From: an uncultured Gemmatimonadaceae bacterium
GTDB taxonomy: Bacteria > Gemmatimonadota > Gemmatimonadetes > Gemmatimonadales > Gemmatimonadaceae
Assembly (NCBI GenBank): GCA_963740355.1
Contig: CAVUDW010000002.1
Location: 672,001-736,000, forward strand
Direction of reading: 5' to 3'
DNA length: 64,000 nt
The notes below the pieces were generated by a model. The model was not told the origin of the DNA and ran no database searches. It was given only the letters and a program-made list of their open reading frames with translations. The translations under genes were made by a program, and so were the position numbers. This document shows positions 1 through 9,461 of this stretch, one piece after another. The stretch's first letter is position 1; each line of letters starts with the position of its first letter.

Positions 1-190
1 GGGTCAACACCGGGCGAAGGGCAACTTCCCAGGGACTTGCAACGAGACCGCTGTTTGGGGTTTTCGGCCCGCACGGCAGCGGTGTTGTTGGAGCCTGCTG
101 CTACCGGGTGCCGGAGGTGGTGACCGCGCGCGCAGTTCCCCCGCAGTTCATCCTCCAAGCCACGCATTTGCTGGCCGCCGCGAGCGAAAG

Positions 191-223
191 CTCCGCGGCT
201 CCGCGGTTCTCCGCGCCTCCGCG
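191..223. repeat. Four closely spaced CTCCGCG heptamers (REP-like intergenic repeat)
   Basis: CTCCGCG starts at 191, 199, 209 and 217, downstream of the ygfZ-like stop. Confidence 0.6.
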
Positions 224-285
224 TGAGAAGTGTGGACCGCCAGGCGTAAGCGAAGCGTCGCCGTAGGAAGCGAGCAGCGCTCCTG

Positions 286-1299
286 CTACTCGTCCGGAGC
301 GCCGATCACGGAAACAGTATGGCGCTCGTCGTCGGCGCTGGACCAGATGAGCACGGCCCCGTCGGCGACTTCTCGGCGGAGCATGGCGATGCCAGTCAGC
401 TGGCCTTCGTCATCCAACGCAATGCTGCGCGTGTCTCCGACCGTGTTGCCGTCGGCGACGGCGAGAGGAGCGCCGAGCGGCGGGATGGCGGTGTCGGCGG
501 ACGATATTCGGCGAAGGGTGCGATTGACGTGGCCGCGGAAGTGGACGCGAGCGACCGTTTCCTGGCCCGTATAACACCCCTTCTTGTACGATATCGCCTG
601 CAGCGCGTCCATGTTCGCTTCCTGCGCCAGCGTGCCTTCGTCCATGTCGATGCCCCACTCAGGGCGGCCGGCGATCACGCGCAGGCGGTGCCACTCACTG
701 TCGGTTCCGGGCGTCGCACCCACCGATACCAGCGCCGCGTGTACTGCGGCACTGTGTGCGACATCGCCGAGCAGGTCGAAGGTCTCCGTCGCACCGAGAT
801 CGGGCACGCGAACCAGCGTGACGACCGAATCGGCGATGTCGATGGCTCGGTGCGTGAAGGGGAGGCCGCTGCCAACCGCGTCGATGGCACTCGCATCAGC
901 GCCGAGCGTCCGCAGCACATCGAGCGCGGCCGTTCCGTGCAGGGTGAGACACGACGTCGTGGCGGAGATGTCGGCGTACTTCGCCAGGCGAGGATTGACG
1001 TACTTGCGAATCATCGCGGCAAACCCGACGCCAGCCGCCGTGTTGGCATCGACGACGAAGGAGTCGACCAGACCTTCGGCACCCGTATTCGCAAGGATGC
1101 GGACATCAGCAATGATGCGCCCCTTGGCCGTCAGCGCACAGGCGTAGAGGCCTTCACCGGCTTTCAGCGCGAGTACGTCGTTCGTCACCAGCCCCGTGAG
1201 CGACTCAGCCGCCTTGGCACCGGTGAATTGCATACGCAACCGCGCGCTTCGATCAAAGAGCAGCGGTGCGGCTGATGGCGTCGAGCCTGATGAAATCAT
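286..1299 (-). CDS. ygfZ: Folate-binding GcvT-family protein (YgfZ/CAF17-like)
   Basis: KKGCYTGQE signature motif; LTAKGRIIAD N-terminal motif. Confidence 0.85.
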   Translation of the reverse strand: MISSGSTPSAAPLLFDRSARLRMQFTGAKAAESLTGLVTNDVLALKAGEGLYACALTAKGRIIADVRILANTGAEGLVDSFVVDANTAAGVGFAAMIRKYVNPRLAKYADISATTSCLTLHGTAALDVLRTLGADASAIDAVGSGLPFTHRAIDIADSVVTLVRVPDLGATETFDLLGDVAHSAAVHAALVSVGATPGTDSEWHRLRVIAGRPEWGIDMDEGTLAQEANMDALQAISYKKGCYTGQETVARVHFRGHVNRTLRRISSADTAIPPLGAPLAVADGNTVGDTRSIALDDEGQLTGIAMLRREVADGAVLIWSSADDERHTVSVIGAPDE

Positions 1300-1313
1300 G
1301 ACGGTGTCTCAGT

Positions 1314-1943
1314 TCAGAAAAGTGACGCAATGAATGCGGCGTCAACCAGTGCGAGCGATTCAAGGTGGGCATGCGACGGAGCGTCGCTCACCGGTCCCAT
1401 GCTGACGGTGCGTAGTCCGGCCTGCGCCGCGCCGCAGAGCTGCTCACCTCGCGCGAATGCCACGCCGCGCGCCGAGTGCGTCTTCGTCCAGGCAGCGGTC
1501 CAAGCCGTGTGATGCGCTGTCGGATCCAGCTCCGCCAGCGACTGGATAGTACTCACAACCCCATCGAGGCCCGCCCGCTCGAGAAGCTGCTGTGCCTCGG
1601 TGCGTGATGCACGCGTCACGACTGCGATGGGAAACGCCGATGCCAGGTCCTCGATTGTGTTCCGGACCGCGGGATCGAAGGATGGCGTATGGCGAGCGAG
1701 CGCGTCGGTCACGATATCGCTCACGCGCCGGAGCACCAGCTCGCGCCCAAGGTCGTCGAGCTTCGTACGTTCGGACAGCCTCGCGAGCGCGATTGAAACG
1801 GCCACGCCTGCGTGTGCATGGCGAACGTCGGCTGGCGGCAGTTGCACCCCTTCCATGTCGAGCGCTCGGTGAAGGGCCTGCGCACGCATCTCGAGCGTGT
1901 CGAACAACAGCTCCTCGATCTCGAGCACGAGCGCTGTCCGCAT
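1314..1943 (-). CDS. HAD-like fold protein with degenerate catalytic motifs
   Basis: N-terminal LVLEIEELLFDT resembles HAD motif I; AVVT motif II; AAQAGL near motif IV; start overlaps the glcF stop. Confidence 0.6.
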   Translation of the reverse strand: MRTALVLEIEELLFDTLEMRAQALHRALDMEGVQLPPADVRHAHAGVAVSIALARLSERTKLDDLGRELVLRRVSDIVTDALARHTPSFDPAVRNTIEDLASAFPIAVVTRASRTEAQQLLERAGLDGVVSTIQSLAELDPTAHHTAWTAAWTKTHSARGVAFARGEQLCGAAQAGLRTVSMGPVSDAPSHAHLESLALVDAAFIASLF

Positions 1944-3247
1944 CACGACGTGGCGTCTGCGGCGTAGGCTGCGTCGAGCAGGTCGATCGGGTGCACCACG
2001 CGCACGGGCGAACCTGCCCGGCGCAGGCCGGCGCCGATCTGCATCAGGCAGCCGGGATTTCCGGTCGCCACCAGCGTCGCCTTCGTGGCCGCGATGTTCC
2101 GCAGCTTTGGCGCCAGCACCGCGTCCGATACGTCAGGCTCGATCAGGTTGTAGATGCCAGCCGAGCCGCAGCACTGATCGCTGTCCTCGAGTGGCACATG
2201 TGTGAGGTTGCCGATGGCCTTCAGCACTGCCAGTGGAGGCGAGGTCAATCGTTGCGCATGCTGGAGGTGGCACGGAGCGTCGTACGTGATGCGCAACGGC
2301 GACGGCAGTGCGGCTGGCCGCGGTCCACGCGCGGCCAGCAGTTCGGTCGCGTCACGCGTGCGAGCACTCACTGCCTCAGCACGGAGTTGCCATTCCGGCT
2401 CATCGTGCAGCAGGTGTGCGTACTCCTTCAACATCGCGCCGCAACCGGCTGCATTCACGGCGATCAGTGCATCGGGCGTGGCCTCGAAGGCCATGATATT
2501 CGCCTTCGCCAGTGCGCGGGCGGTCTGCAGATCGCCCGCATGTGCATGCAACGCACCGCAGCACCCCTGCGCCGGTGTGTCGATCACGCGATAGCCATTC
2601 ACCGTCAGTGTCCGCTCGGTGGCGGCGTTGGTGGCAGTCTGCAATCCCTCCATCACGCAACCGCGCAGCAATGACACCTCGCCCGCCGTACCATCGCCCT
2701 TCGCCTCGTACGAGCGCGCGCCGAGCACAGGCTGTGTGCTGGCCAGCATCGCCATGCCGGCGCCGATGCGGCCCGGAAGACCCGCGAGCATCGACGGCAA
2801 CCCGAGCGCGCGCACGACGCGGCCACCGAACAACGCCATTCGCAGCAGCGTGGGCGAGGCGAAGACGCCGAGGATCAACCGTGCGACCAGCGGTGGCGCG
2901 GTGACGCCGCGCATCGTCGCACGCGTCGCCTCCAGCAGTTGACCGTACGGCACGCCACTCGGGCAGGCTGTTTCGCAGCCACGACAGCCAAGGCAGCGAT
3001 CCATGTGCTGTTGCACCACAGGATCGGTCAGCGCGATCTCGCCATCGAGCAGGCCGCGCATCAACACGATGCGGCCACGCGGACTATCGTTCTCGTCCTC
3101 GAGCGCGAGATAGGTCGGACAGGCCTGCAGACAGAAGCCGCAATGCACACAGGCGTCGATTCCAGCCGACGCGTGTGCCAGTGGTGAGCCGGGAAGCGCA
3201 CAACTGGTGGCAGTGGTCGACACCTGCATCGGTAACGGCTCACGCAT
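1943..3247 (-). CDS. glcF: Glycolate oxidase Fe-S subunit (GlcF-like)
   Basis: Two CxxCxxCxxxCP motifs plus two CCG domains (GCCGAL, QCCGSAG); ATG at 3247 chosen because it overlaps the glcE stop. Confidence 0.85.
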   Translation of the reverse strand: MREPLPMQVSTTATSCALPGSPLAHASAGIDACVHCGFCLQACPTYLALEDENDSPRGRIVLMRGLLDGEIALTDPVVQQHMDRCLGCRGCETACPSGVPYGQLLEATRATMRGVTAPPLVARLILGVFASPTLLRMALFGGRVVRALGLPSMLAGLPGRIGAGMAMLASTQPVLGARSYEAKGDGTAGEVSLLRGCVMEGLQTATNAATERTLTVNGYRVIDTPAQGCCGALHAHAGDLQTARALAKANIMAFEATPDALIAVNAAGCGAMLKEYAHLLHDEPEWQLRAEAVSARTRDATELLAARGPRPAALPSPLRITYDAPCHLQHAQRLTSPPLAVLKAIGNLTHVPLEDSDQCCGSAGIYNLIEPDVSDAVLAPKLRNIAATKATLVATGNPGCLMQIGAGLRRAGSPVRVVHPIDLLDAAYAADATS

Positions 3248-4412
3248 CAGTGAATGCTCGTCGATTGCAGATCGCGGATGGATCGAATGCGGCGCGAATG
3301 CGACCAGCCAGTCCGCCATCGAAGGGATCGGGTTCGGTCATCCACCATTCACTTGGGAGTCGCTCCGGGATTCGGTGCTCTCCTGCGATCTGTTCCTGCA
3401 ACGCGGTGCGCAGCGCGGTTGCCTCGCCAGTGACGACCACCCGCACGATCCCGCGCGAGACGGTGGCGTGGAGCGCGGCACTGACGGACCCGTGCGGATC
3501 AGCCTCGGCGAGGGCTCTGCGTAGCCTCTCGATTCTTTCCGGCAGATCACTCACGCCGCCGCTGAACCGAACCACCGCACTCGCAGCCTGATCGAGCAGC
3601 GCCAGCTTTCCCCAGACGCTGGCGTCGCACGCCGCAACTGATGCATGGCGTTTGATGGCAGCCTGCTGACCGCTTACGAACGCGTCATTGCCGCCAATCC
3701 GCACGAGGATCACATCGGCGCCGCTGTCGCTGATGTCGAGCGCGCGAGCCGTTGCGCCATCGATCCACTCGCAGGCCATCAGCGACAGCGTGTGCTGACG
3801 CAGATTCGCAATCATCGTCGGCAGGCTCGTTTGATCGGCGACTGGCACGACCAGTGTCACATCGTGCACGGGTAGTGCGCGCAGCCTGAGGGTGACGGAT
3901 GTGATCGGGCCGAGGGTGCCCCAGCTGCCGGTGTAGAGTCTGACGAGGTCGAAGCCCGCCACGTTCTTCACCACGCGTCCACCTGGTCGCACCTGCTCGC
4001 CGTAACCCGTGATCGCCTCGAGGCCCAGGACCAGGTCGCGTGGTGTGCCGAATGCATGTGCCAGTGGCCCTGCCGACGCGGTGGCGACTGTGGCACCGAT
4101 CGTTCCCAGGTGATCACCTGCTGGATCGAGGGCCAGCCATTGCCCGTGTGCGGCAGTGGCGTGCGACAATTCGGCCAGCGAAGTGCCCGCCCAGGCGGTG
4201 ATCGTGAGATCGCCCGGCACATACGCGATGATCCCACTGAGTGCGCGCAGCGTGAGTGATCGGCTGGCAGCGAGTGGTGGCCCTGCATCGCGCCATGTGC
4301 CGGCGCCGGTGAGTGCAACAGGTGCCGATGTTGCAGCCGCGTCGCGCAACACATCTCGCAGCTCGTCCACCGTCTGCGGAACGATCAACATGCCGGTTGC
4401 GCTGGTCGTCAC
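3240..4412 (-). CDS. glcE: Glycolate oxidase FAD-binding subunit (GlcE-like)
   Basis: GGRVVKNVAGFDL and GSWGTLG motifs; GTG start overlaps the glcD stop. Confidence 0.8.
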   Translation of the reverse strand: MTTSATGMLIVPQTVDELRDVLRDAAATSAPVALTGAGTWRDAGPPLAASRSLTLRALSGIIAYVPGDLTITAWAGTSLAELSHATAAHGQWLALDPAGDHLGTIGATVATASAGPLAHAFGTPRDLVLGLEAITGYGEQVRPGGRVVKNVAGFDLVRLYTGSWGTLGPITSVTLRLRALPVHDVTLVVPVADQTSLPTMIANLRQHTLSLMACEWIDGATARALDISDSGADVILVRIGGNDAFVSGQQAAIKRHASVAACDASVWGKLALLDQAASAVVRFSGGVSDLPERIERLRRALAEADPHGSVSAALHATVSRGIVRVVVTGEATALRTALQEQIAGEHRIPERLPSEWWMTEPDPFDGGLAGRIRAAFDPSAICNRRAFTDA

Positions 4413-5827
4413 GCGCGGCGACCCGCTGGTGCCTGGTGCCACTCGCGGCAGGAGTGCACGGGCACGACCTTGCCGCGATTCGAGCGATGGGCCGGATCGA
4501 ACACATCGCGCAACCGGCACATCGCTGCCAGCGTGTCGCCATCGAAGAGGGACGGCATGTAGTCGATCTTGTCGAGACCGACACCATGTTCGCCTGTGAT
4601 CGTGCCCCCTTCGCGGATACACGCCTTCATGATCTCCGTCATGCAGGCATGCACCCGTTCGGCTTCGTCGCCGTTGTCGGCGTCGTAACTCACGCTCGGA
4701 TGCAAGTTGCCGTCGCCGGCGTGGAAGATGTTCCAGACGGCGACGCCGTGGCGCGCGCCAATGTCGGCGATCTCCTGCAGGATGGCAGGCAGCCGCGTGC
4801 GCGGAACCACTGCGTCCTGCAGCACGAGATGCGGCGCCGCACGTCCCATGGCGCCAAACGCTTTTTTCCGGCCCTGCCAGAGCAGCGCCCGTTCCGCCGC
4901 CTCGGTCGCGATACGCACGTCGCGCGCGCCGAATTCCTTGCAGATCGCGGCGACGGCTGCCACGTCGTCGTCGAGACCATCGGCCACCCCGTCGAGATCC
5001 ACCAGCAACACTGCATCACAATCGGTCGGATAGCCGGCCGCGTAGATCGACGCTTCGACGAGGCGCACTGCGGCGCCATCCATCATCTCGAGTGCGGCCG
5101 GCAGGATGCCGCGGGCGATGATGGCGCTGGTCGAGAGCGCCGCCGCGTTGAGCGACATGAAGTCGGCCAGCAACGTGCGAACGACCGGCGCGTTCGGCAG
5201 CAGTCGCACCGTGCAATCGAGCGCAATACCGAAGCACCCTTCCGAGCCCACGAATGCACCGAGCAGGTCGTAGCCAGGCGTCTCACCGAGTGGCGAGCCG
5301 AGCGACACGATCTCGCCGTCGGGAAGGATCACGGTGCAGGCGACCGTGTGGTTGAGCGTCACACCGTATTTCAGGCAGTGTGGCCCGCCGGCGTTTTCGG
5401 CCACGTTGCCGCCGATGGTACAGGCGCTCTGGCTCGAGGGATCGGGCGCGTAGTGCAGTCCGTGTGCGCCGGCGGCTTTCTGCAGCACGCTGTTGACCAC
5501 GCCTGGCTCGACGGTCGCGATGCGGTTCACTGGATCGATGTCGATGATCCGGGTCAGCCGATTGAGCCCGACCAGCACGGTGCCATCGGCGAGTGCGCCG
5601 CCGCTCAGCCCCGTACCGGCGCCGCGAGGCACGAATGGCACACCGGCAGTGGCGAGGGCACGGACGACGGCAATCAGTTCGTCACGGGTACCCGGAAAGA
5701 CGGCGAGCGAGGGCGTCTGGTGGTATCCCGGCAACCCATCGCTGGCGTAGGCGACGAGTGCGCTGGGGCGCTCGAGCACGCGCCGTTCCCCGACGATCGC
5801 CGCGAGGGTCGCGGCAAGGGTACTCAT
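4409..5827 (-). CDS. glcD: Glycolate oxidase subunit GlcD (FAD-linked oxidase)
   Basis: PRGAGTGLSGG, PDPSSQ, HAGDGNLH and GEHGVG motifs. Confidence 0.9.
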   Translation of the reverse strand: MSTLAATLAAIVGERRVLERPSALVAYASDGLPGYHQTPSLAVFPGTRDELIAVVRALATAGVPFVPRGAGTGLSGGALADGTVLVGLNRLTRIIDIDPVNRIATVEPGVVNSVLQKAAGAHGLHYAPDPSSQSACTIGGNVAENAGGPHCLKYGVTLNHTVACTVILPDGEIVSLGSPLGETPGYDLLGAFVGSEGCFGIALDCTVRLLPNAPVVRTLLADFMSLNAAALSTSAIIARGILPAALEMMDGAAVRLVEASIYAAGYPTDCDAVLLVDLDGVADGLDDDVAAVAAICKEFGARDVRIATEAAERALLWQGRKKAFGAMGRAAPHLVLQDAVVPRTRLPAILQEIADIGARHGVAVWNIFHAGDGNLHPSVSYDADNGDEAERVHACMTEIMKACIREGGTITGEHGVGLDKIDYMPSLFDGDTLAAMCRLRDVFDPAHRSNRGKVVPVHSCREWHQAPAGRRA

Positions 5828-5910
5828 GGGCCGTCAGCCCGGAATCAGGGTCATGATCACCCCTGCAAACTACCACCGACCGCGAGTGTTGCATCGCGTC
5901 GGGGCTCGCG

Positions 5911-6378
5911 TCAATTCGCGGGCGGTTCCTGCGTCGCCGCAACGCGCTCGACGAGCGACAGGAGCATGGCGAGTTCGAACGGCTTCGGAACCACCGGGCA
6001 GCCAGTGCGTGCAAGGAACTCGACGGCTTCCTCGTCTCCGGTGTCGCCCGACGAAAAAATGAACCGCCTGCCGAGCGCTGCGTTGACATGCGAGACGGCG
6101 TCGTGGAGCTCCATCCCCGAGAGTCGCGGCATGCGAATATCGGTCAGGACTGCATCGAACCGATTCGCGACCATATCCCCATCGAGCAGCATCGCGCGCG
6201 CGTGCTCGCCGTCCTCGGCTTCGCACACCGACCAGCCGCGACGGGTGAAGTAGCGGCGCAATGCTGATCGTAACGTCGCCTCATCATCGACCAGCAACAG
6301 CGTCCGTGCCGGTCGCTCGATCTGCGCGCCGCCGAGCGGTGCTGCAGCGCTCGGTGATGACGGGTCGGTACTGATCAT
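5911..6378 (-). CDS. Single-domain response regulator
   Basis: LLVDDE, DIRMP (phosphoacceptor Asp), KPF; start uncertain. Confidence 0.8.
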   Translation of the reverse strand: MISTDPSSPSAAAPLGGAQIERPARTLLLVDDEATLRSALRRYFTRRGWSVCEAEDGEHARAMLLDGDMVANRFDAVLTDIRMPRLSGMELHDAVSHVNAALGRRFIFSSGDTGDEEAVEFLARTGCPVVPKPFELAMLLSLVERVAATQEPPAN

Positions 6379-6477
6379 TCGTGTCGGTATGCGTTGGGTG
6401 GACCTGCAACCTATATCGCCCGAACGCAGAGGCCAGCTCGAGTGTTGGACACAAATCATTAGCCCGCACACACAAAG

Positions 6478-6504
6478 ACCACGACGCGCGAGGCACGTCG
6501 TGGT
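6478..6504 (-). terminator. Probable intrinsic terminator downstream of the sigma factor
   Basis: 9-bp inverted repeat ACCACGACG/CGTCGTGGT followed by CTTTGT on the minus strand. Confidence 0.5.
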
Positions 6505-6592
6505 GTATATGAAACGCTACTAATCAAAACTCGAAGCGTTACTTCCGTGATGTCACACGATCACCGGATCGTCACATCCTGACACATCAGGC

Positions 6593-7486
6593 TCAGGCCA
6601 CCTGCCAGAAGCCGGCGAGGGCGTTGCCGTCGGCGCTGTCGCGCAGCTTCTCGAAGGCGCGCTCTCGGATCTGGCGAATGCGTTCGCGGGTCACGCCGAG
6701 CAGGTCGCCGATACGCTCGAGGGTCATCGGCTCGGCCTTGTCGTCGAGGCCGTAGTACATGGTGAGGATCTGGCGCTCGCGGATGGTCAGGTGCTTCTGA
6801 ATCGCATCCTTGACGAAGACACGCATCAGGCGCTCATCCGTCGCTTCCTCGATGTCACCGCCGTCGGAGATCGAGAACCGTTCACCGAGGGTGCTGGCGT
6901 CGCGGTCAGACTTGTCGACCGGCGCATCGAGCGAGGTCTCGCTGGTGGTCATCTGGCGCTGGGCGCGGACCGTCTCGGCGTCCTCGTTGATCATCTGGCC
7001 GAGCTCGGCATCCGTCGGCTCGCGATTGAGCTTCGCGGCGAGGATCTGCTCCGCCTTGGCCATCCGGAGGAGGGCCGAATTCTGGTTCAACGGCACCCGG
7101 ATGCTGCGGGTCTGCTCGGCGAGGGCCTTGAGCACGGCCTGGCGGACCCACCACACGGCGTACGAGATGAACTTCACGCCCTGGTCTGGATCGAACTTCC
7201 GGACGGCCTTGAGCAGCCCCTCATTGCCGATGGCGACGAGCTCGGCGAGGTCGAGTCCGTGACCCTGGTACTTCTTCACGTAGCTGATGACGAAGCGAAG
7301 GTTCGCCGTGACGAGCCGCTCTGCGGCGGCGACGTCACCTTCCTGTGCGAGGCGTGCCAAGGCACGTTCCTCGGCCACACTGCCGATCAGCGGAAGGCGC
7401 TTGATGTCGGCGAGGTACTGGTCGAACGTGCTGCCGCCAGTGCTGCGTGAGGTCTGGCGACTGCGAGATGACGCGACCTTCTCCAT
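6593..7486 (-). CDS. RNA polymerase sigma-70 factor, RpoD/RpoS/RpoH-like, lacking region 1.1
   Basis: ANLRFV, GNEGLLKAVRKFDP, KFISYAVWW, GVTRERIRQI motifs. Confidence 0.92.
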   Translation of the reverse strand: MEKVASSRSRQTSRSTGGSTFDQYLADIKRLPLIGSVAEERALARLAQEGDVAAAERLVTANLRFVISYVKKYQGHGLDLAELVAIGNEGLLKAVRKFDPDQGVKFISYAVWWVRQAVLKALAEQTRSIRVPLNQNSALLRMAKAEQILAAKLNREPTDAELGQMINEDAETVRAQRQMTTSETSLDAPVDKSDRDASTLGERFSISDGGDIEEATDERLMRVFVKDAIQKHLTIRERQILTMYYGLDDKAEPMTLERIGDLLGVTRERIRQIRERAFEKLRDSADGNALAGFWQVA

Positions 7487-7687
7487 GGGTGTCTCCCTGC
7501 GCTTGGACGCCACTGGATGCGACGCCAGCCGTGTCGATCACATCAGGTCGAGGGCTGGTCGGCGAGATGGTCAAAACCGGGGCATGCCGATTTCGTGGGC
7601 ACAATAACCGTCACGGGATCCTGACATGTCAAGTGTCAACTTTTGTAGACACTTTCTCGCATCCCGCTCTGTGACATTGCTCAGCCG

Positions 7688-7714
7688 TTAGCACTCACGC
7701 CGCCGGAGTGTCAA
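7688..7714. promoter_or_regulatory. CIRCE-like operator (HrcA site)
   Basis: TTAGCACTC-N9-GAGTGTCAA, 16/18 match to consensus TTAGCACTC-N9-GAGTGCTAA with exact N9 spacing. Confidence 0.75.
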
Positions 7715-7798
7715 CTTTGCGTGATATTTCCAATGCTAGAGTCCGTTTCAAGTTGTCGTATTGCAAGCAGTTCACCTACCTTCGACTCATCTTCCGGG

Positions 7799-8386
7799 TT
7801 ACTCGCCGCGACGCACGAGTTGGGCATATCCGCGCTTTCGACCGAACCGTCTGGCCTCCGAACAGTCGGCCATCCAGACGTCAATTCGCCCGCCTTTGAT
7901 GACGCCCCCGGTGTCGTCCGCCAGAAATCGACCGTACTTCCCGCGCCCGATGAAGAGGTCCACTTCGCGGCCGAGCGGGAAGAGTTTGCGATCGACGGCG
8001 ATGATGCCGTCGCGAACGAGGTTGCCACGCCGCGTGCGACCCTGGAGGCAGTAGGCGGTGATGCTGACCGCGATCCGTTCACCGGCGCGGGCGCGATCCT
8101 CGATGCTCCGAAAGAGTTTGCCCTTGGGCACCAGCGCCTTCGGCAGGACGCGCTTGGGCAGGGCGCTGAACGGCACCGCGACCGTCGTCGTGTCTCCCGG
8201 CAGGTCGAGTGAGTCAGTGTCGCCGCTGTCGGCGACGACATCGGCCTTGGGAAAAGTCGGGAACGACGTCGGGTGCGCCACGAACCAGATCGCCGCGCCA
8301 CCGATGGCCAATTCGATCGCAATCCGGATGCGCTGCCGACGACGCTTCCGGCGCCGCCGGATCGGCGGCGTCGGCGCGTCGCTCAC
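7799..8386 (-). CDS. 3D (Asp-Asp-Asp) domain membrane-anchored cell-wall protein
   Basis: ITAYC, IAVD, DTGGVIKG, RIDVW motifs; N-terminal basic stretch plus hydrophobic segment. Confidence 0.85.
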   Translation of the reverse strand: MSDAPTPPIRRRRKRRRQRIRIAIELAIGGAAIWFVAHPTSFPTFPKADVVADSGDTDSLDLPGDTTTVAVPFSALPKRVLPKALVPKGKLFRSIEDRARAGERIAVSITAYCLQGRTRRGNLVRDGIIAVDRKLFPLGREVDLFIGRGKYGRFLADDTGGVIKGGRIDVWMADCSEARRFGRKRGYAQLVRRGE

Positions 8387-9451
8387 GAGGCCCGTAGCGC
8401 GGCGATCGCCACGTCGCTCGATACTCTGGTGCCGTATCCCTGATCGGCGCCCGTCATGGCCCCGCAGCGCGCCGGGAGCGCGTATTCCACCTGCCCGGCG
8501 CGCGATTTCTTGTCGCTGGCAGTGGCTTCGACGATGGCTTCGGGAGTGAGAATCCCGGGCACCGTCGATGGAAGCCCGAAGTGCTCCAGCGCGGCCAGCA
8601 GTTGCGCCTCGAGCGCCGGATCACAGAGGCCGAGCGCGATGGCGATACGTGTCTCCACCAACATGCCGAACGCCACGCAGGCGCCATGTGGCACGGTGTA
8701 ATCCATCAACTGTTCAACGGCGTGACCGATCGTGTGGCCGTAAGTTGAGGATCTTCCGCAGCCCATGTTCGCGCTCGTCCGAGGCCACCACCTCCGCCTT
8801 GATCTGAACGCTTCGCGACACGACCGCCAGCCAATCGGCGCGCGTCAGGTCGAGCGTGGCCACCGACTCGAAATAGGCTGCGTCGCAGATGACACCGTGC
8901 TTGAGCGCTTCAGCGAGGCCGTTCACCCGCTCCAGGATTGGCAGCGTGTGCAGCGTGTCGAGATCAGCGACGACGGCGACCGGCGGATGAAATGCGCCGA
9001 CGAGATTCTTGCCATGCGGCGTATCGACGCCGGTCTTGCCGCCGATGGAGGCGTCGACCATGCCGAGCAGGGTGGTTGGCACGTGGAGAACCGGCACACC
9101 ACGCAGATAGGTCGCGGCGACGAACCCGGTCAGGTCCGTCACCACGCCACCGCCGAGGGCGATCAGCAGGCAGTCGCGACCGAAGCGCGCTTCGAGCAGC
9201 GCGTCAGTGATGCGGGCCCACGTCACGCGGGTCTTGTGCTCCTCACCTGCCGGGATCGAGATCAGGGTGCTTCGATCTTCGCCCAGCACCGACGCGATGC
9301 GATCGGCATACAGCGGACCCACGACCTCGTCGGTGATCACGGCGATGCGGTGCGCTCGTGCCAGTTCCGGTACCAACTCCGGCAGCGACGCGAGCAGGCC
9401 GTGCCCCACGAACACGGGATACGGCAATGTGCGGCACGTCGCGACGGTCAT
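8383..9451 (-). CDS. aroB: 3-dehydroquinate synthase, with apparent +1 frameshift near 8742
   Basis: GGGVVTDLTGF, PTTLLGMVDASIGGKTG; conserved ILNYGHTIGH is split between two frames (AAC T TAC). Confidence 0.88.
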
Positions 9452-9461
9452 CGCGGGTGGC

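Noticed and set aside
4313..6253. 646-aa plus-strand ORF and similar long antisense ORFs (e.g. 28243-29640, 37514-38839, 55168-56697)
   Set aside because: They overlap well-supported genes on the opposite strand, lack motifs, and are expected in high-GC DNA.
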